Source: Spirochaetia bacterium
Lineage (GTDB): Bacteria; Spirochaetota; Spirochaetia; UBA9216
NCBI GenBank assembly: GCA_963677925.2
Contig: CAXXYH010000003.1
Coordinates: forward strand, 1,728,001-1,792,000
DNA: 64,000 nucleotides
Direction: 5' to 3'
The translations under genes were made by a program, and so were the position numbers. This document shows, in pieces, positions 9,465-18,395 of this stretch (position 1 is its first letter; every line of letters starts with the position of its first letter). The notes below the pieces were generated by a model, which saw only the letters and a program-made list of their open reading frames with translations, did not search any database and had not been told where the DNA came from.

Positions 9465-10547
9465 CTAAAGCCACTCACTTCCGTCGGACTCTCCGGTTCC
9501 GGAAGAGTCACGGAAGATCAGCTGCATCTCAAGCCTTACCCGAATCGGACTTCCAGCAACCAGTCTGCCGTTGATGATATCTGATACCGCATTTATACAT
9601 AGCATAGCAGTGAGCTGATCGGGGCTTTTAATAGTAGTTAAAGACGGATCCAGGGCTTCGGAAATATCCTGGTTGCCGGCCCCGGTTATACCGATATCAC
9701 CTGGAACTTCAAGCCCTGCCTCCCTGCAGGCCTTAAGAGCTCCTGCGGCAAGCGTATCAGTTGCGCAGATCACGGCATCAGGATACTCCTCATTAAGCAG
9801 AAGCTGCTGCATGGCAGTTTTTCCCTGCTCAGTCTCGTATCCTCCTGCAGACACCGTGTATTCTTCCCGGAAGCCGTATCGTGTACCTTCGCCTGCATCC
9901 CTGCAGGCGGCATAACCGGGTTCCAGCTTCAGCTCTTTGGAAGTTCCAATGTAAGCCGGGTTCCGGCGGCCGGATTCAAGCAGATGAACAGCCATCCGGT
10001 AAAAGGCATCATATCGGTCAACAACGATAAAATTACCTTCGAATTTTTCGGTAGGATTAAAGTCACCGGTAAAAAGAATCGGTATATCGATTGCGGAAAA
10101 TGCAGTCGCAGAAATTCCGGGTGAAGGAATAACAATTACAGCGGAACAGCCCAGTTTTTCCATTTCAGACGCAATGGCAGCTTCAGTTCCTGATGATGAA
10201 CTTCGAATCGACAGGCCTGTACCGGCTGCCGCGGTATACTTTTCGATCTGCCTGACCAGCCCTGCATTAGATGGAGCGGCAATATCCTGAACAATGAGCC
10301 CAATTGTATAAGTTGTCTCAGACCGAAGTTCAGAAGGCTCGCAGACAATCATTCCCCTGCCCGGCTTCTTGTCTATAAGCCCTTCTTTCTGCAGAAGATC
10401 CACGGCCTTGATAACCGTATTTCCGCTTGTCTCCCACTGTTCTGCGAGTTCCCGTACTCCGGGGAGTCTGACGCCTGAGGGAATGCTGCCGCTGACTATC
10501 TCTTCACGGAGATGTCTGTATATCTTTTGATAAAGAAGTTCTTTCAC
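9465..10547 (-). CDS. GntR-HTH / LacI-type sugar-binding hybrid regulator (AraR-like)
   Basis: N-terminal LYQKI...LPGVRELA...TVIKA...PGRG wHTH; C-terminal PDAVICATD...VPGDIGITG...PSLTTI. Confidence 0.85.
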   Translation of the reverse strand: MKELLYQKIYRHLREEIVSGSIPSGVRLPGVRELAEQWETSGNTVIKAVDLLQKEGLIDKKPGRGMIVCEPSELRSETTYTIGLIVQDIAAPSNAGLVRQIEKYTAAAGTGLSIRSSSSGTEAAIASEMEKLGCSAVIVIPSPGISATAFSAIDIPILFTGDFNPTEKFEGNFIVVDRYDAFYRMAVHLLESGRRNPAYIGTSKELKLEPGYAACRDAGEGTRYGFREEYTVSAGGYETEQGKTAMQQLLLNEEYPDAVICATDTLAAGALKACREAGLEVPGDIGITGAGNQDISEALDPSLTTIKSPDQLTAMLCINAVSDIINGRLVAGSPIRVRLEMQLIFRDSSGTGESDGSEWL

Positions 10548-10585
10548 CCTGATTAATCCTGGCTACATAGTACATTCAAAGCGAA

Positions 10586-10690
10586 TATCAAACAAGAACT
10601 ATTTTTACAGCATTTGTTTGATACTTGTTTTAGCATATCCAGCATTTTGTTTCATATTTGTTTGACTTATAACTCAAACAATGTTATTCT
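10586..10690. promoter_or_regulatory. Divergent promoter region with repeated TTGTTT(G/C/T)A operator half-sites
   Basis: TTGACT(10662)-N17-TATTCT(10685) with extended TG; TTGTTTGA-N8-TCAAACAA at 10658-10681; further copies at 10586, 10614, 10625 and 10647. Confidence 0.6.
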
Positions 10691-10712
10691 TTTATATCTA
10701 TTGGAGGATTTT

Positions 10713-11807
10713 ATGGCTACAGTAACACTTGAAAATATAACCAAAATTTATCCGGGAAATGTTAAAGCTGTTGACAATGTAAATATTGAGATAAAAGACG
10801 AAGAGTTTGTTGTTCTTGTAGGTCCATCAGGATGCGGAAAAACAACAACTCTTAGAATGATTGCCGGCCTCGAGGAAATATCGGACGGAACATTGAAAAT
10901 AGGCGACAAAGTTGTAAACGATGTACCTCCCAAGGACAGGGACATTGCAATGGTATTTCAGAACTACGCCCTGTATCCTCATATGTCCGTATACGACAAC
11001 ATGGCCTTCGGTCTTAAAATCAGAAAGTTTTCAAAGGATGAAATTGACAAGCGTGTTAAAGAAGCCGCGGCAATACTCGGAATTGAAAGTCTTCTCAAAA
11101 GAAAACCGAAAGCCTTGTCCGGCGGTCAGAGACAGAGGGTTGCTGTAGGAAGAGCCATTGTAAGGCACCCGAAGGTATTCCTCTTTGACGAACCGCTTTC
11201 AAACCTTGACGCAAAGCTGAGGGTACAGATGAGAGCTGAAATTTCCAGCCTTCACCACCGTCTTAAGGCTACCATGGTTTATGTAACACACGACCAGGTT
11301 GAAGCCATGACTATGGCTGATAAAATCGTTGTAATGAAGGACGGTCTTGTTCAGCAGATAGGAAGCCCGCTTACCCTTTACAACGCTCCCGACAACCTCT
11401 TTGTAGCAGGATTCATAGGCTCACCTCAAATGAACTTTATCCCTGTAAAACTCGATATCAACGGAAGTAAAATCATTGCCGATGAGGGCGGTTTTCAGAT
11501 AGAGATTCCATCCGATAAAGCCGAACTTCTTAAAGATTATAACGGAAAAACCGTTGTGATGGGCGTTAGACCTGAAAACCTTAAATATGCAGAAGACGGA
11601 AGCGAAAAGGATTCAATAACCGGATCAATTACCGTTATTGAACAGCTGGGCGAAGAAATACATCTTCATGTAAAAACATCAACAAGCAGTTTCATTGCAA
11701 AGGTACCGCCTCACCTGAGCTTTAAAGTCGGAGACAAGGCATATTTCAAACCGGCTCCTGAAAAAATCTATTTCTTTGATAAAGAATCTGAGCAGACAAT
11801 CAGATAA
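10713..11807 (+). CDS. msmX: Carbohydrate ABC transporter ATPase (MsmX/MalK/UgpC family)
   Basis: GPSGCGKTT, FQNYALYPHM, LSGGQRQR, DEPLSNLD, VTHDQ, FIGSP; GGAGG then ATG at 10713. Confidence 0.9.
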   Translation: MATVTLENITKIYPGNVKAVDNVNIEIKDEEFVVLVGPSGCGKTTTLRMIAGLEEISDGTLKIGDKVVNDVPPKDRDIAMVFQNYALYPHMSVYDNMAFGLKIRKFSKDEIDKRVKEAAAILGIESLLKRKPKALSGGQRQRVAVGRAIVRHPKVFLFDEPLSNLDAKLRVQMRAEISSLHHRLKATMVYVTHDQVEAMTMADKIVVMKDGLVQQIGSPLTLYNAPDNLFVAGFIGSPQMNFIPVKLDINGSKIIADEGGFQIEIPSDKAELLKDYNGKTVVMGVRPENLKYAEDGSEKDSITGSITVIEQLGEEIHLHVKTSTSSFIAKVPPHLSFKVGDKAYFKPAPEKIYFFDKESEQTIR

Positions 11808-11808
11808 A

Positions 11809-11900
11809 AAATATCTCAAATAGCCCGGAACAGGTCTTATTTGAGATATTTCCTCCTCTTTTTTCTCCTGGCCCCTGCCGGCAACAGCAGGGGCTTTTTT
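11809..11900. terminator. Two hairpins between convergent msmX and the RACo gene
   Basis: AAATATCTCAAATA...TATTTGAGATATTT, and GCCCCTGC...GCAGGGGC followed by a T-run. Confidence 0.65.
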
Positions 11901-13726
11901 TACAGCTTGTTGAAATACATAGCGTTCATGTATTCCATTTGAAACTGGGCACTTGTTGAGAGTTCAATGTAATCAACATGCCTTGCGGCATCAGACATAT
12001 CAGCAATGACATCAGCAGATAGAGCTGCCATTACCGCACCCTTACCTGCAGTGTTTCCGGCTGCTGCTATCTTTGTTTCAAGGGCTGCCGGAACAAGTCC
12101 GATAACCGCGGCATTATGCCTGTCTAGGGCAGCTCCGAAACCGCCGGCCAGATGCACACATTCAACATCATCAACTGTTTTTCCGGTTTCATGAAGCAGC
12201 GTTGCAATTCCGGCAGCTATTGCAGCTTTGGCCATCTGAATTTCCCTTATGTCCTTCTGAGTGAGCGTTATTCCGCCGGAAACTTTCAGTTCGGGACCGT
12301 CATCTTTTATAATGAGCGGTCCGGAAGTATCTGCCTCCTCGGTCATAATCCTTCCGGTCTCATCAATGTATCCCTGCTGCAGGAAAACAGAAACCGCATC
12401 AACAATTCCTGAACCGCAGATTCCTGCCGGAGTATCTCCGCCAATCACTTCAAAGGAAATATCCTTTTCAGTGGCGGCATATACCCTGTTGATTGCGCCG
12501 GGAACTCCGCCCATTCCGCATGAGATATTAGCGCCCTCAAGAGCCGGGCCGGCTGCAGTTGAACATGCCGTCATACCGCTTTTATTGCCGAGAACAATCT
12601 CACCATTTGTACCTATATCGATTAAAAGAGAGAGTTTATCAGTTCTATGCATTCCGGTGGCAATGATGCCTGCTGTGATGTCTGCACCTACATAGGAGGC
12701 AATAGAGGGAAGCAGTGCTATTGTACATCCCTCGTGAAGACTCAGCCCCAGCTCCGGCGCTGAAACAGCAAGCAGAGAGGTATCAACCGGAATAAAGGGA
12801 GCGGCAGCTATACCTGCGGGATCCAGACCGGCGAAAAGATGCATCATGGTAGTGTTGCCCGCTATTGTAACAAGATCGATTGCAGAAGATTCAATTCCGG
12901 CTTTTAAACAAAGCTTATCGACCATGGTTGATATCTGATTTGTTATTTTCTGCTGCAGAATATCAAGGTTTCCTGATTCCTGCATTGTGAACTCGATTCT
13001 GGAGATAACATCCCCTCCGAAACCCTTCTGAGAATTCAGTGAGGAGACAAAGTCGATCACCTGACCGCGCTCTTCTCCGCTGATGCAGACAAGATATGAA
13101 ACTACTGTAGTGGTTCCGATATCAACTGCAACAGCGTATGAAACCTCAGCAGTATTTTTATCTGACACTGAAACAATTTTACCGAAACAGGTTTTTACCG
13201 AGATTTCATACTCGTATTTTTTCAGAAGTGCAGGCAGGCACCGTATCATCCACAATGGAATATCCGAACTTTCAGGAAGGCCTGATTTAATTCTTTCAAA
13301 GTCGGAACGCTGATCCTCGATTGAAGGCTTATCAAGATTCAGACTGATTAGAGAAACAGGCGCCTCCGAACCTATCAGATCCGGATTAAAAGCCTGTCCG
13401 TCAAAACCTGTCAGAATAGATGCTGATTTCCCTGCGGAAGAAACTGTGATATCAATATCACTCTCCGGGAAAATGCGGCAGGCCAGTCTTGTTCCAGCGC
13501 TTATTTCACTTTCGGTGAGGAATTTGTTTTCTACAGAATCAGGCTTATACTGCCTGGTAAGTTCAGGTCTTACTAGTTTTACCCTGCACTTTCCGCAGGT
13601 ACCCTTGCCACCGCAGGGTGCATCATAGCCTTCAATACCGGCCCTGTTTACTGCATCAAGAAGACTTTCACCTTTTTTGATTTCCGCGGCCTTAATTTCA
13701 CCGTCAGTATGTATCTTAATTTTCAT
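11900..13726 (-). CDS. ATP-dependent reductive activator of corrinoid proteins (RACo/RamA-like, ASKHA/DUF4445) with N-terminal [2Fe-2S]
   Basis: CGGKGTCGKC...LAC ferredoxin; DIGTTTV, GGDVISRI, DIGTNGEI, AAGPALEG, GICGSG, TQKDIRE, AGGFG. Confidence 0.92.
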   Translation of the reverse strand: MKIKIHTDGEIKAAEIKKGESLLDAVNRAGIEGYDAPCGGKGTCGKCRVKLVRPELTRQYKPDSVENKFLTESEISAGTRLACRIFPESDIDITVSSAGKSASILTGFDGQAFNPDLIGSEAPVSLISLNLDKPSIEDQRSDFERIKSGLPESSDIPLWMIRCLPALLKKYEYEISVKTCFGKIVSVSDKNTAEVSYAVAVDIGTTTVVSYLVCISGEERGQVIDFVSSLNSQKGFGGDVISRIEFTMQESGNLDILQQKITNQISTMVDKLCLKAGIESSAIDLVTIAGNTTMMHLFAGLDPAGIAAAPFIPVDTSLLAVSAPELGLSLHEGCTIALLPSIASYVGADITAGIIATGMHRTDKLSLLIDIGTNGEIVLGNKSGMTACSTAAGPALEGANISCGMGGVPGAINRVYAATEKDISFEVIGGDTPAGICGSGIVDAVSVFLQQGYIDETGRIMTEEADTSGPLIIKDDGPELKVSGGITLTQKDIREIQMAKAAIAAGIATLLHETGKTVDDVECVHLAGGFGAALDRHNAAVIGLVPAALETKIAAAGNTAGKGAVMAALSADVIADMSDAARHVDYIELSTSAQFQMEYMNAMYFNKL

Positions 13727-14664
13727 ATTTTTATTTCCGCTCCGCTTAGTTCTTCCGCAGATTTTTTAATAAGTTCTAAAACAGTATCATCTGCAGGAGA
13801 AATGATTACAAGCCCTTCACGCTCTGAACCGGAGACATGCCTGCAGTACTGCCCGTCTGAGGCCACGGAGATATCTGCCTGCAGATATCCGTCTTCACTT
13901 TTAAGCCAGCCTTTGATCCTGTAAACGCTGCTGCGGATGCTGTCGATGAAGCGGTTCAAATCCTTTTCATCTGCAGTACTTGAACAGGTAAGCAGTACGG
14001 GAACCGGTCTGCCCTGCCTTCCCCAGCCCGCAAATCGTCTTTCAAACGGTTTAACAGTCTCAATCTCGGGCATCTGCTCAAGCAATGAAGAATCGGCTTC
14101 TCCAAAACTTGTTCGAATAATATCGGCCTCGGGGTTAACGGTAAGAACATCCGACTCGCACAGGCTTGTTTCCATTTTACCTGCCAGGTCTGTTTTATTT
14201 AGAATCACCTTGTTGCTGTAGGCTATCTGTTCATTCACAGCCAGCACAGCCTGAGAGAGTCTGCGGTATGTTGAAGCATCAACAAGGCTAATCATTCCGT
14301 GATATTTAATACGGCCGTTTGAGACTGCTTTAGCTTCATTAATAATTTCAAGAAGCGGTGAAGGCTTAGCCAGTCCGGAAGTTTCTACAAGCAGGTAATC
14401 GATATCAAACCGGGAGAAACTGCCCACGGCCGAAACAAAGGAGCCGGCAAGACAGGAACAGAAGATCTGCCCGTTATTCAGCTCAAGGATACTGTCTTTA
14501 TCCTGAGCACCCAGAAGCTTCGAATCTACTCCGATGCTGCCGAAGTCGTTGACAATAATGCCGAACTTTACGTCCGGCATTATTTTGAAGATGTTATTTA
14601 AAAATGTGGTTTTACCTGATCCCAGAAATCCTGAGATCAGTATTAATTTTATGCTGTCACTCAA
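13723..14664 (-). CDS. CobW/COG0523 (G3E) metal-chaperone GTPase
   Basis: GFLGSGKTT, NDFG, IFCSC, VETSGLA, NKTD, RIKG; TTG start overlaps the upstream stop. Confidence 0.88.
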   Translation of the reverse strand: MSDSIKLILISGFLGSGKTTFLNNIFKIMPDVKFGIIVNDFGSIGVDSKLLGAQDKDSILELNNGQIFCSCLAGSFVSAVGSFSRFDIDYLLVETSGLAKPSPLLEIINEAKAVSNGRIKYHGMISLVDASTYRRLSQAVLAVNEQIAYSNKVILNKTDLAGKMETSLCESDVLTVNPEADIIRTSFGEADSSLLEQMPEIETVKPFERRFAGWGRQGRPVPVLLTCSSTADEKDLNRFIDSIRSSVYRIKGWLKSEDGYLQADISVASDGQYCRHVSGSEREGLVIISPADDTVLELIKKSAEELSGAEIKI

Positions 14665-16010
14665 AGGTACTTTTCAACCTCAGCTATAAATTCATTTCTG
14701 CTTGGAATTATAGATGAGTATTTAAGTTCGCCATTGATGTAGATACTGGGAAGCTGCTGTACACCCATTGCTTTGCATCGGGCAATGTTCTGAGGCTCTG
14801 TATATTTATACTCTATCATGTCTACCTTTTCTCCGTAATGTGACTTGATATCATCAGCGGAGGCCTTCATATATGTACAGGCTGCGCAGGTAATTGAATC
14901 GAGTGTGAAAACTTCGATAAAGGGTCTTTCAAGATTTGGATAATCGGGAAGTTCGCCTTCAAATTCTATTTCACTGCCCTCATAATTTGCAACCATTTCA
15001 CGGATCTGTTCAGTCTGATGCACAGCCTGCTCTATTCCGATTGTATTCTCGATTGGGATATCGTATGGCATATCGCAGCCGGGAGCGACAATCAGGAGGT
15101 CCTGGTTATCAAGACTGTCTATTAAATCGATGGTAGTTTTCATGTTGTCCTGCTGTGTTCCGAATAGCATAACGGAAGTAAGCGGAATATTACCGCCGAT
15201 AACAACATTATACTTATCAGTAACTTTTTTTGCTGCGGCAAGATTAACATTCTCATCCACCGAAATACTGTCAGGAGCAGTCTTGCACATGGGTTCGATA
15301 TTTGCCGTAGCGTTTCCGCATACAAAGAAGGATGAAAACGCACCCTTGCTTCTTATATGTTCAAAAACCTCAGAAAACGGGCCGTCCATGAACTCAGCGA
15401 AGTGATCAGGTGAAATCTGGGAGATAAGAGGGTCGACAACCGCAATAATGTCCATTCCTGCATCGGCATAGAAATCAGTCATTGCGTTTGCAACTTTCGT
15501 TGTATATTCCATGAGTGCTTTTACATGCTCCGGATTCATTACCATATCCATAAAAATATTGGTTCCCCGAAGATGAGACGCCAGAGTAAAGGGGCCTGTA
15601 ATAAGACCGTAAAGTGCGGTATCAGCTCCTACTTTTTCCTTCATGGCTTTCATGGCTTTTACAGCCATAGGGATACGTCCGTCCTCAGCCTTGGGCATAG
15701 TATCGGGAATTTCTTCGGTATCGGCAAGCGGATGAGATGCCACAGTAGGCGGAGCATCCTCAGACCATACCAGATTACATCCGAGTATTTCAGCTTCAAT
15801 CTGAAGATCAAACATTACCGGCTGTCCGTCCGGCTTGTAGATTTTATTAACCTCAAGAAGAGATTCAATCAGTTTATCAGCATCAGTAGAAACTTCACGT
15901 GCTGTGTACCCTTTTAGTTTACCTGCATGTACACCGGCAAAGGGGACCCATGGCACCTCGCCTGTTTTTTCCTTTCTAAGTACTGCCAGTAATTTTTCTT
16001 TTCCAGTCAT
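14661..16010 (-). CDS. MtaA/CmuA (UroD-family) methyltransferase fused to a C-terminal thioredoxin-like CxxC domain
   Basis: DLQIEAEILG, GLITGPFTLA, VDP...ISP, FVCG, GGNIP, APGCDMP TIM barrel; C-terminal IEVFTL..CAAC...LPSIYING. Confidence 0.82.
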   Translation of the reverse strand: MTGKEKLLAVLRKEKTGEVPWVPFAGVHAGKLKGYTAREVSTDADKLIESLLEVNKIYKPDGQPVMFDLQIEAEILGCNLVWSEDAPPTVASHPLADTEEIPDTMPKAEDGRIPMAVKAMKAMKEKVGADTALYGLITGPFTLASHLRGTNIFMDMVMNPEHVKALMEYTTKVANAMTDFYADAGMDIIAVVDPLISQISPDHFAEFMDGPFSEVFEHIRSKGAFSSFFVCGNATANIEPMCKTAPDSISVDENVNLAAAKKVTDKYNVVIGGNIPLTSVMLFGTQQDNMKTTIDLIDSLDNQDLLIVAPGCDMPYDIPIENTIGIEQAVHQTEQIREMVANYEGSEIEFEGELPDYPNLERPFIEVFTLDSITCAACTYMKASADDIKSHYGEKVDMIEYKYTEPQNIARCKAMGVQQLPSIYINGELKYSSIIPSRNEFIAEVEKYL

Positions 16011-16077
16011 ATATCCTCCGGGTTATTATTGCAATTTAATAGCTTGATATAATTCTAAGACCCTTTCAGGCTGGAGG

Positions 16078-16109
16078 ATTGTAGTAATTAACAAATTTTT
16101 GCATTTTTA
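16078..16109 (-). promoter_or_regulatory. Putative PocR/AraC binding site upstream of the methyltransferase gene
   Basis: AAAAATGCAAAA-N15-CAAT; identical register to the copy at 17043-17075; TAGAAT -10 downstream. Confidence 0.5.
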
Positions 16110-16124
16110 CACACGTCCGAATAC

Positions 16125-16163
16125 AAAAAAAAAGAGGATATCCAAAGCTTGTTGGATATCCTC
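16125..16163 (-). terminator. Intrinsic terminator after the corrinoid protein gene
   Basis: GAGGATATCCAA-N6-TTGGATATCCTC followed by T9 on the minus strand. Confidence 0.85.
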
Positions 16164-16207
16164 CGTATTTTTATAAAAGAAATTTGCCAATGCAGGCTGT
16201 TTTTGGA

Positions 16208-16843
16208 TTATTTTGTACAAACCTCAAGAGCTTTTTCTGAAGCTGTAGCTGCATCTGCTGTATAGATATCAGCACCGATACTTTCACAGAATTTCTCTGT
16301 TACCGGAGCTCCGCCGACCATAATGGTAACCTTGTCTCTGATACCTGCGTCTACAGCGGCCTTAACTACGTTTTCCATCTGAGTCATTGTTGTAGTAAGA
16401 AGAGCTGAACATGCAATAATATTTGCATTTTCATTCTGTGCGGCTTCAATGAATTTCTCAGCCGATACATCAGCTCCGAGATCCACTACAGTTAGACCCT
16501 TGCCTTCAAACATAATCTTCACAAGGTTTTTACCGATGTCATGAAGGTCACCCTTTACTGTTCCGATAACAACCTTTCCGATTTCTTCGACATCATCGCC
16601 GACCATTGCGGGCTTAAGAACTTCTAGTCCGAAATTCATTGCTCTTGCTGCAATAAGTACTTCAGGTACAAAAACTTCATTGTTTTTGAATTTTACTCCT
16701 ACAATATTCATCGCGGAAAGAAGTCCCTTTTCTAGGATTTCCTTGGGAGCGATGCCCTCTGCAAGAGCGTCTGCACAAAGCTGCTTAACCTCATCAGCCT
16801 TGCCTTTCTGCATCAGTTCTGAAATTTTCTCAAAATCTGCCAT
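16208..16843 (-). CDS. Corrinoid (B12-binding) methyl-carrier protein, MtaC/MtbC/MttC family
   Basis: Four-helix cap (FVPEVLIAARAM), TVKGDLHDIGKNLV (DxHxxG), SALLTTT, GGAPV. Confidence 0.95.
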   Translation of the reverse strand: MADFEKISELMQKGKADEVKQLCADALAEGIAPKEILEKGLLSAMNIVGVKFKNNEVFVPEVLIAARAMNFGLEVLKPAMVGDDVEEIGKVVIGTVKGDLHDIGKNLVKIMFEGKGLTVVDLGADVSAEKFIEAAQNENANIIACSALLTTTMTQMENVVKAAVDAGIRDKVTIMVGGAPVTEKFCESIGADIYTADAATASEKALEVCTK

Positions 16844-16864
16844 CCTGTTCCTCTCTTTCTCTCA

Positions 16865-16996
16865 TCTCCATCCCTGTACGCGAGGTCTGAGTATGACATA
16901 ATGCCGAGATGAAGTATTCTGGCTTGGTCTGTTTCCGGACCTTCACAGTGACGCGCTCGCGGAAGATTTTCACTTCGCTTCCTTCAGTTCGGTCAT
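16865..16996 (-). ncRNA. Cobalamin riboswitch (compact, class II-like)
   Basis: Minus strand: ATGACCGAACTGAAG-GAAGCG-AAGTGAAAATCTT-CCGCGAGCGCGT-CACTGTGA-AGGTCCGGAAACAGACC-AAGCCAGAATAC-TTCATCTCGGCAT. It has a closing stem, T-loop, CACTG and B12 box, plus a downstream hairpin CCT-CGCGTAC-AGG able to kiss the L5 CGCG. Confidence 0.8.
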
Positions 16997-17042
16997 TTTA
17001 GATTTTTCTGATATTATTATCCTATCTGCGGCTTAACACCGT

Positions 17043-17075
17043 ATTGAATTATTTTGTTAAATTTTGCATTTTTTT
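17043..17075 (-). promoter_or_regulatory. Putative PocR/AraC binding site upstream of the riboswitch and corrinoid gene
   Basis: AAAAATGCAAAA-N15-CAAT, same spacing as the copy at 16078-16109. Confidence 0.5.
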
Positions 17076-17090
17076 ATGTATGCAGAATTC

Positions 17091-18395
17091 TTAATGTACT
17101 TCGTGATTATTCAGCTTTATCTTTCCGCGGTTTTCCCGGAATTTCCCCGGGGAGGTACCTGTAAATTTCTTGAATACCTTTGAGAAGTAACTCTGATCTT
17201 CAAATCCGCACATACCGGCTATATCAATCAGCGGAACATCGGAATTAATCAGGTAGTTCTTGCTTTTTTCAACACGGACCTGATTCAGATAGGTGTTGAA
17301 ATTGAGATCAAGCTCCTTTTTGAAGACCTTGCTGAGATAGGACGGGGAAAGATTTACATGTGCAGCAGTTTCTTCAAGCGAAATCTTGTCGCGGTAATGT
17401 TCCCGTATATACTGCATTGCCCCGTGAATTGCATCGGCATGCTTAATTTCACGCATATCAAAAACCAGTTCAGAGAATCTGTGAATTACCCTTGAAAGCC
17501 AGCCGGCTATGCCTTCCACACTGGTGAACGAGTTGATACGGCTGAGATACTGATAATTCATGCCGAAGATCTGCTCGGCATCTGCACCGCCTCTAACGGC
17601 TGCTCTGGATAGCAGTACTATCAGCTCAAGTACACGGGCTCTGATTACCTTTATGTCACCGCCGGCCGTAAAGAACACGTTTCCAAGTATTTCATTCAGG
17701 ATAGCCTTTGCGTTTGAGGCCTCTCCGTTTTCGATACAGTCTATAAGTTCCGATTCCTTCGCGAAGGGATACCGGGAAATCTCCGCGCTGGAATGTTCCA
17801 TAGTCTTGATATACTGAATATATTCAGAGATTTCCTTCTGCTGGTCGGAGTTTTCCTGCTTCATCTCCAGAGTCAGGGAATCCATCTCGGAAAGACTTGC
17901 TGTAACATAGAATAGCAGCTCGGAAAGACTGCGGGAGCGTTCTGTTGTAATTGAGGGTATATCGGATGCAAGCTTCATCAGACTGAAGATTTCCGATGCC
18001 GGAAGATTCTTGCCGGATATAAGGTCGTTTCTTATAAAATCATCGGAATCTATGATAAGAGCAGGACCGCAGACCATTGAACCGACCTGGATTCCGCCTT
18101 TAAAAAGCGGAGATGTCCAGTGCAGAAGAGACATCGGACAGAAAAACATATATTTTCCGCCGAAACGCTCGGCCTGATAGCTTCCGTAGCGATGAACCTG
18201 ACTGCAGTCCAGCCTGTCCTGAGGAAAAACATGCTCAATACGATTGCAGAAACTGAAGCCCGGGGAGTTTTCATCAGGTTCGGGACCTATCCGTCTGCCC
18301 TCAGTATCGATAACAAAACAGCTTATACCGGTAGATTCAGTATAGTGAACAGCGGCTGAAACAGCTTTTTCCAGAAACAAGTCTTCCATTATCAC
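17091..18395 (-). CDS. PocR sensory domain plus AraC-family HTH regulator
   Basis: PocR-like FC...C..VH.YG..QAERFGG.Y.FFCP.SL; C-terminal SLEETAAHV.LSPSYLSKVF...GFEDQSYFSKVFKK. Confidence 0.88.
   Translation of the reverse strand: MIMEDLFLEKAVSAAVHYTESTGISCFVIDTEGRRIGPEPDENSPGFSFCNRIEHVFPQDRLDCSQVHRYGSYQAERFGGKYMFFCPMSLLHWTSPLFKGGIQVGSMVCGPALIIDSDDFIRNDLISGKNLPASEIFSLMKLASDIPSITTERSRSLSELLFYVTASLSEMDSLTLEMKQENSDQQKEISEYIQYIKTMEHSSAEISRYPFAKESELIDCIENGEASNAKAILNEILGNVFFTAGGDIKVIRARVLELIVLLSRAAVRGGADAEQIFGMNYQYLSRINSFTSVEGIAGWLSRVIHRFSELVFDMREIKHADAIHGAMQYIREHYRDKISLEETAAHVNLSPSYLSKVFKKELDLNFNTYLNQVRVEKSKNYLINSDVPLIDIAGMCGFEDQSYFSKVFKKFTGTSPGKFRENRGKIKLNNHEVH

Noticed and set aside
14661-16010. 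Uroporphyrinogen decarboxylase HemE, or a Sec/Pyl-recoded methyltransferase
   Set aside because: It lacks the HemE RQAGR motif and sits in a corrinoid context. There is no in-frame internal stop, and the terminal TGA overlaps the next start.
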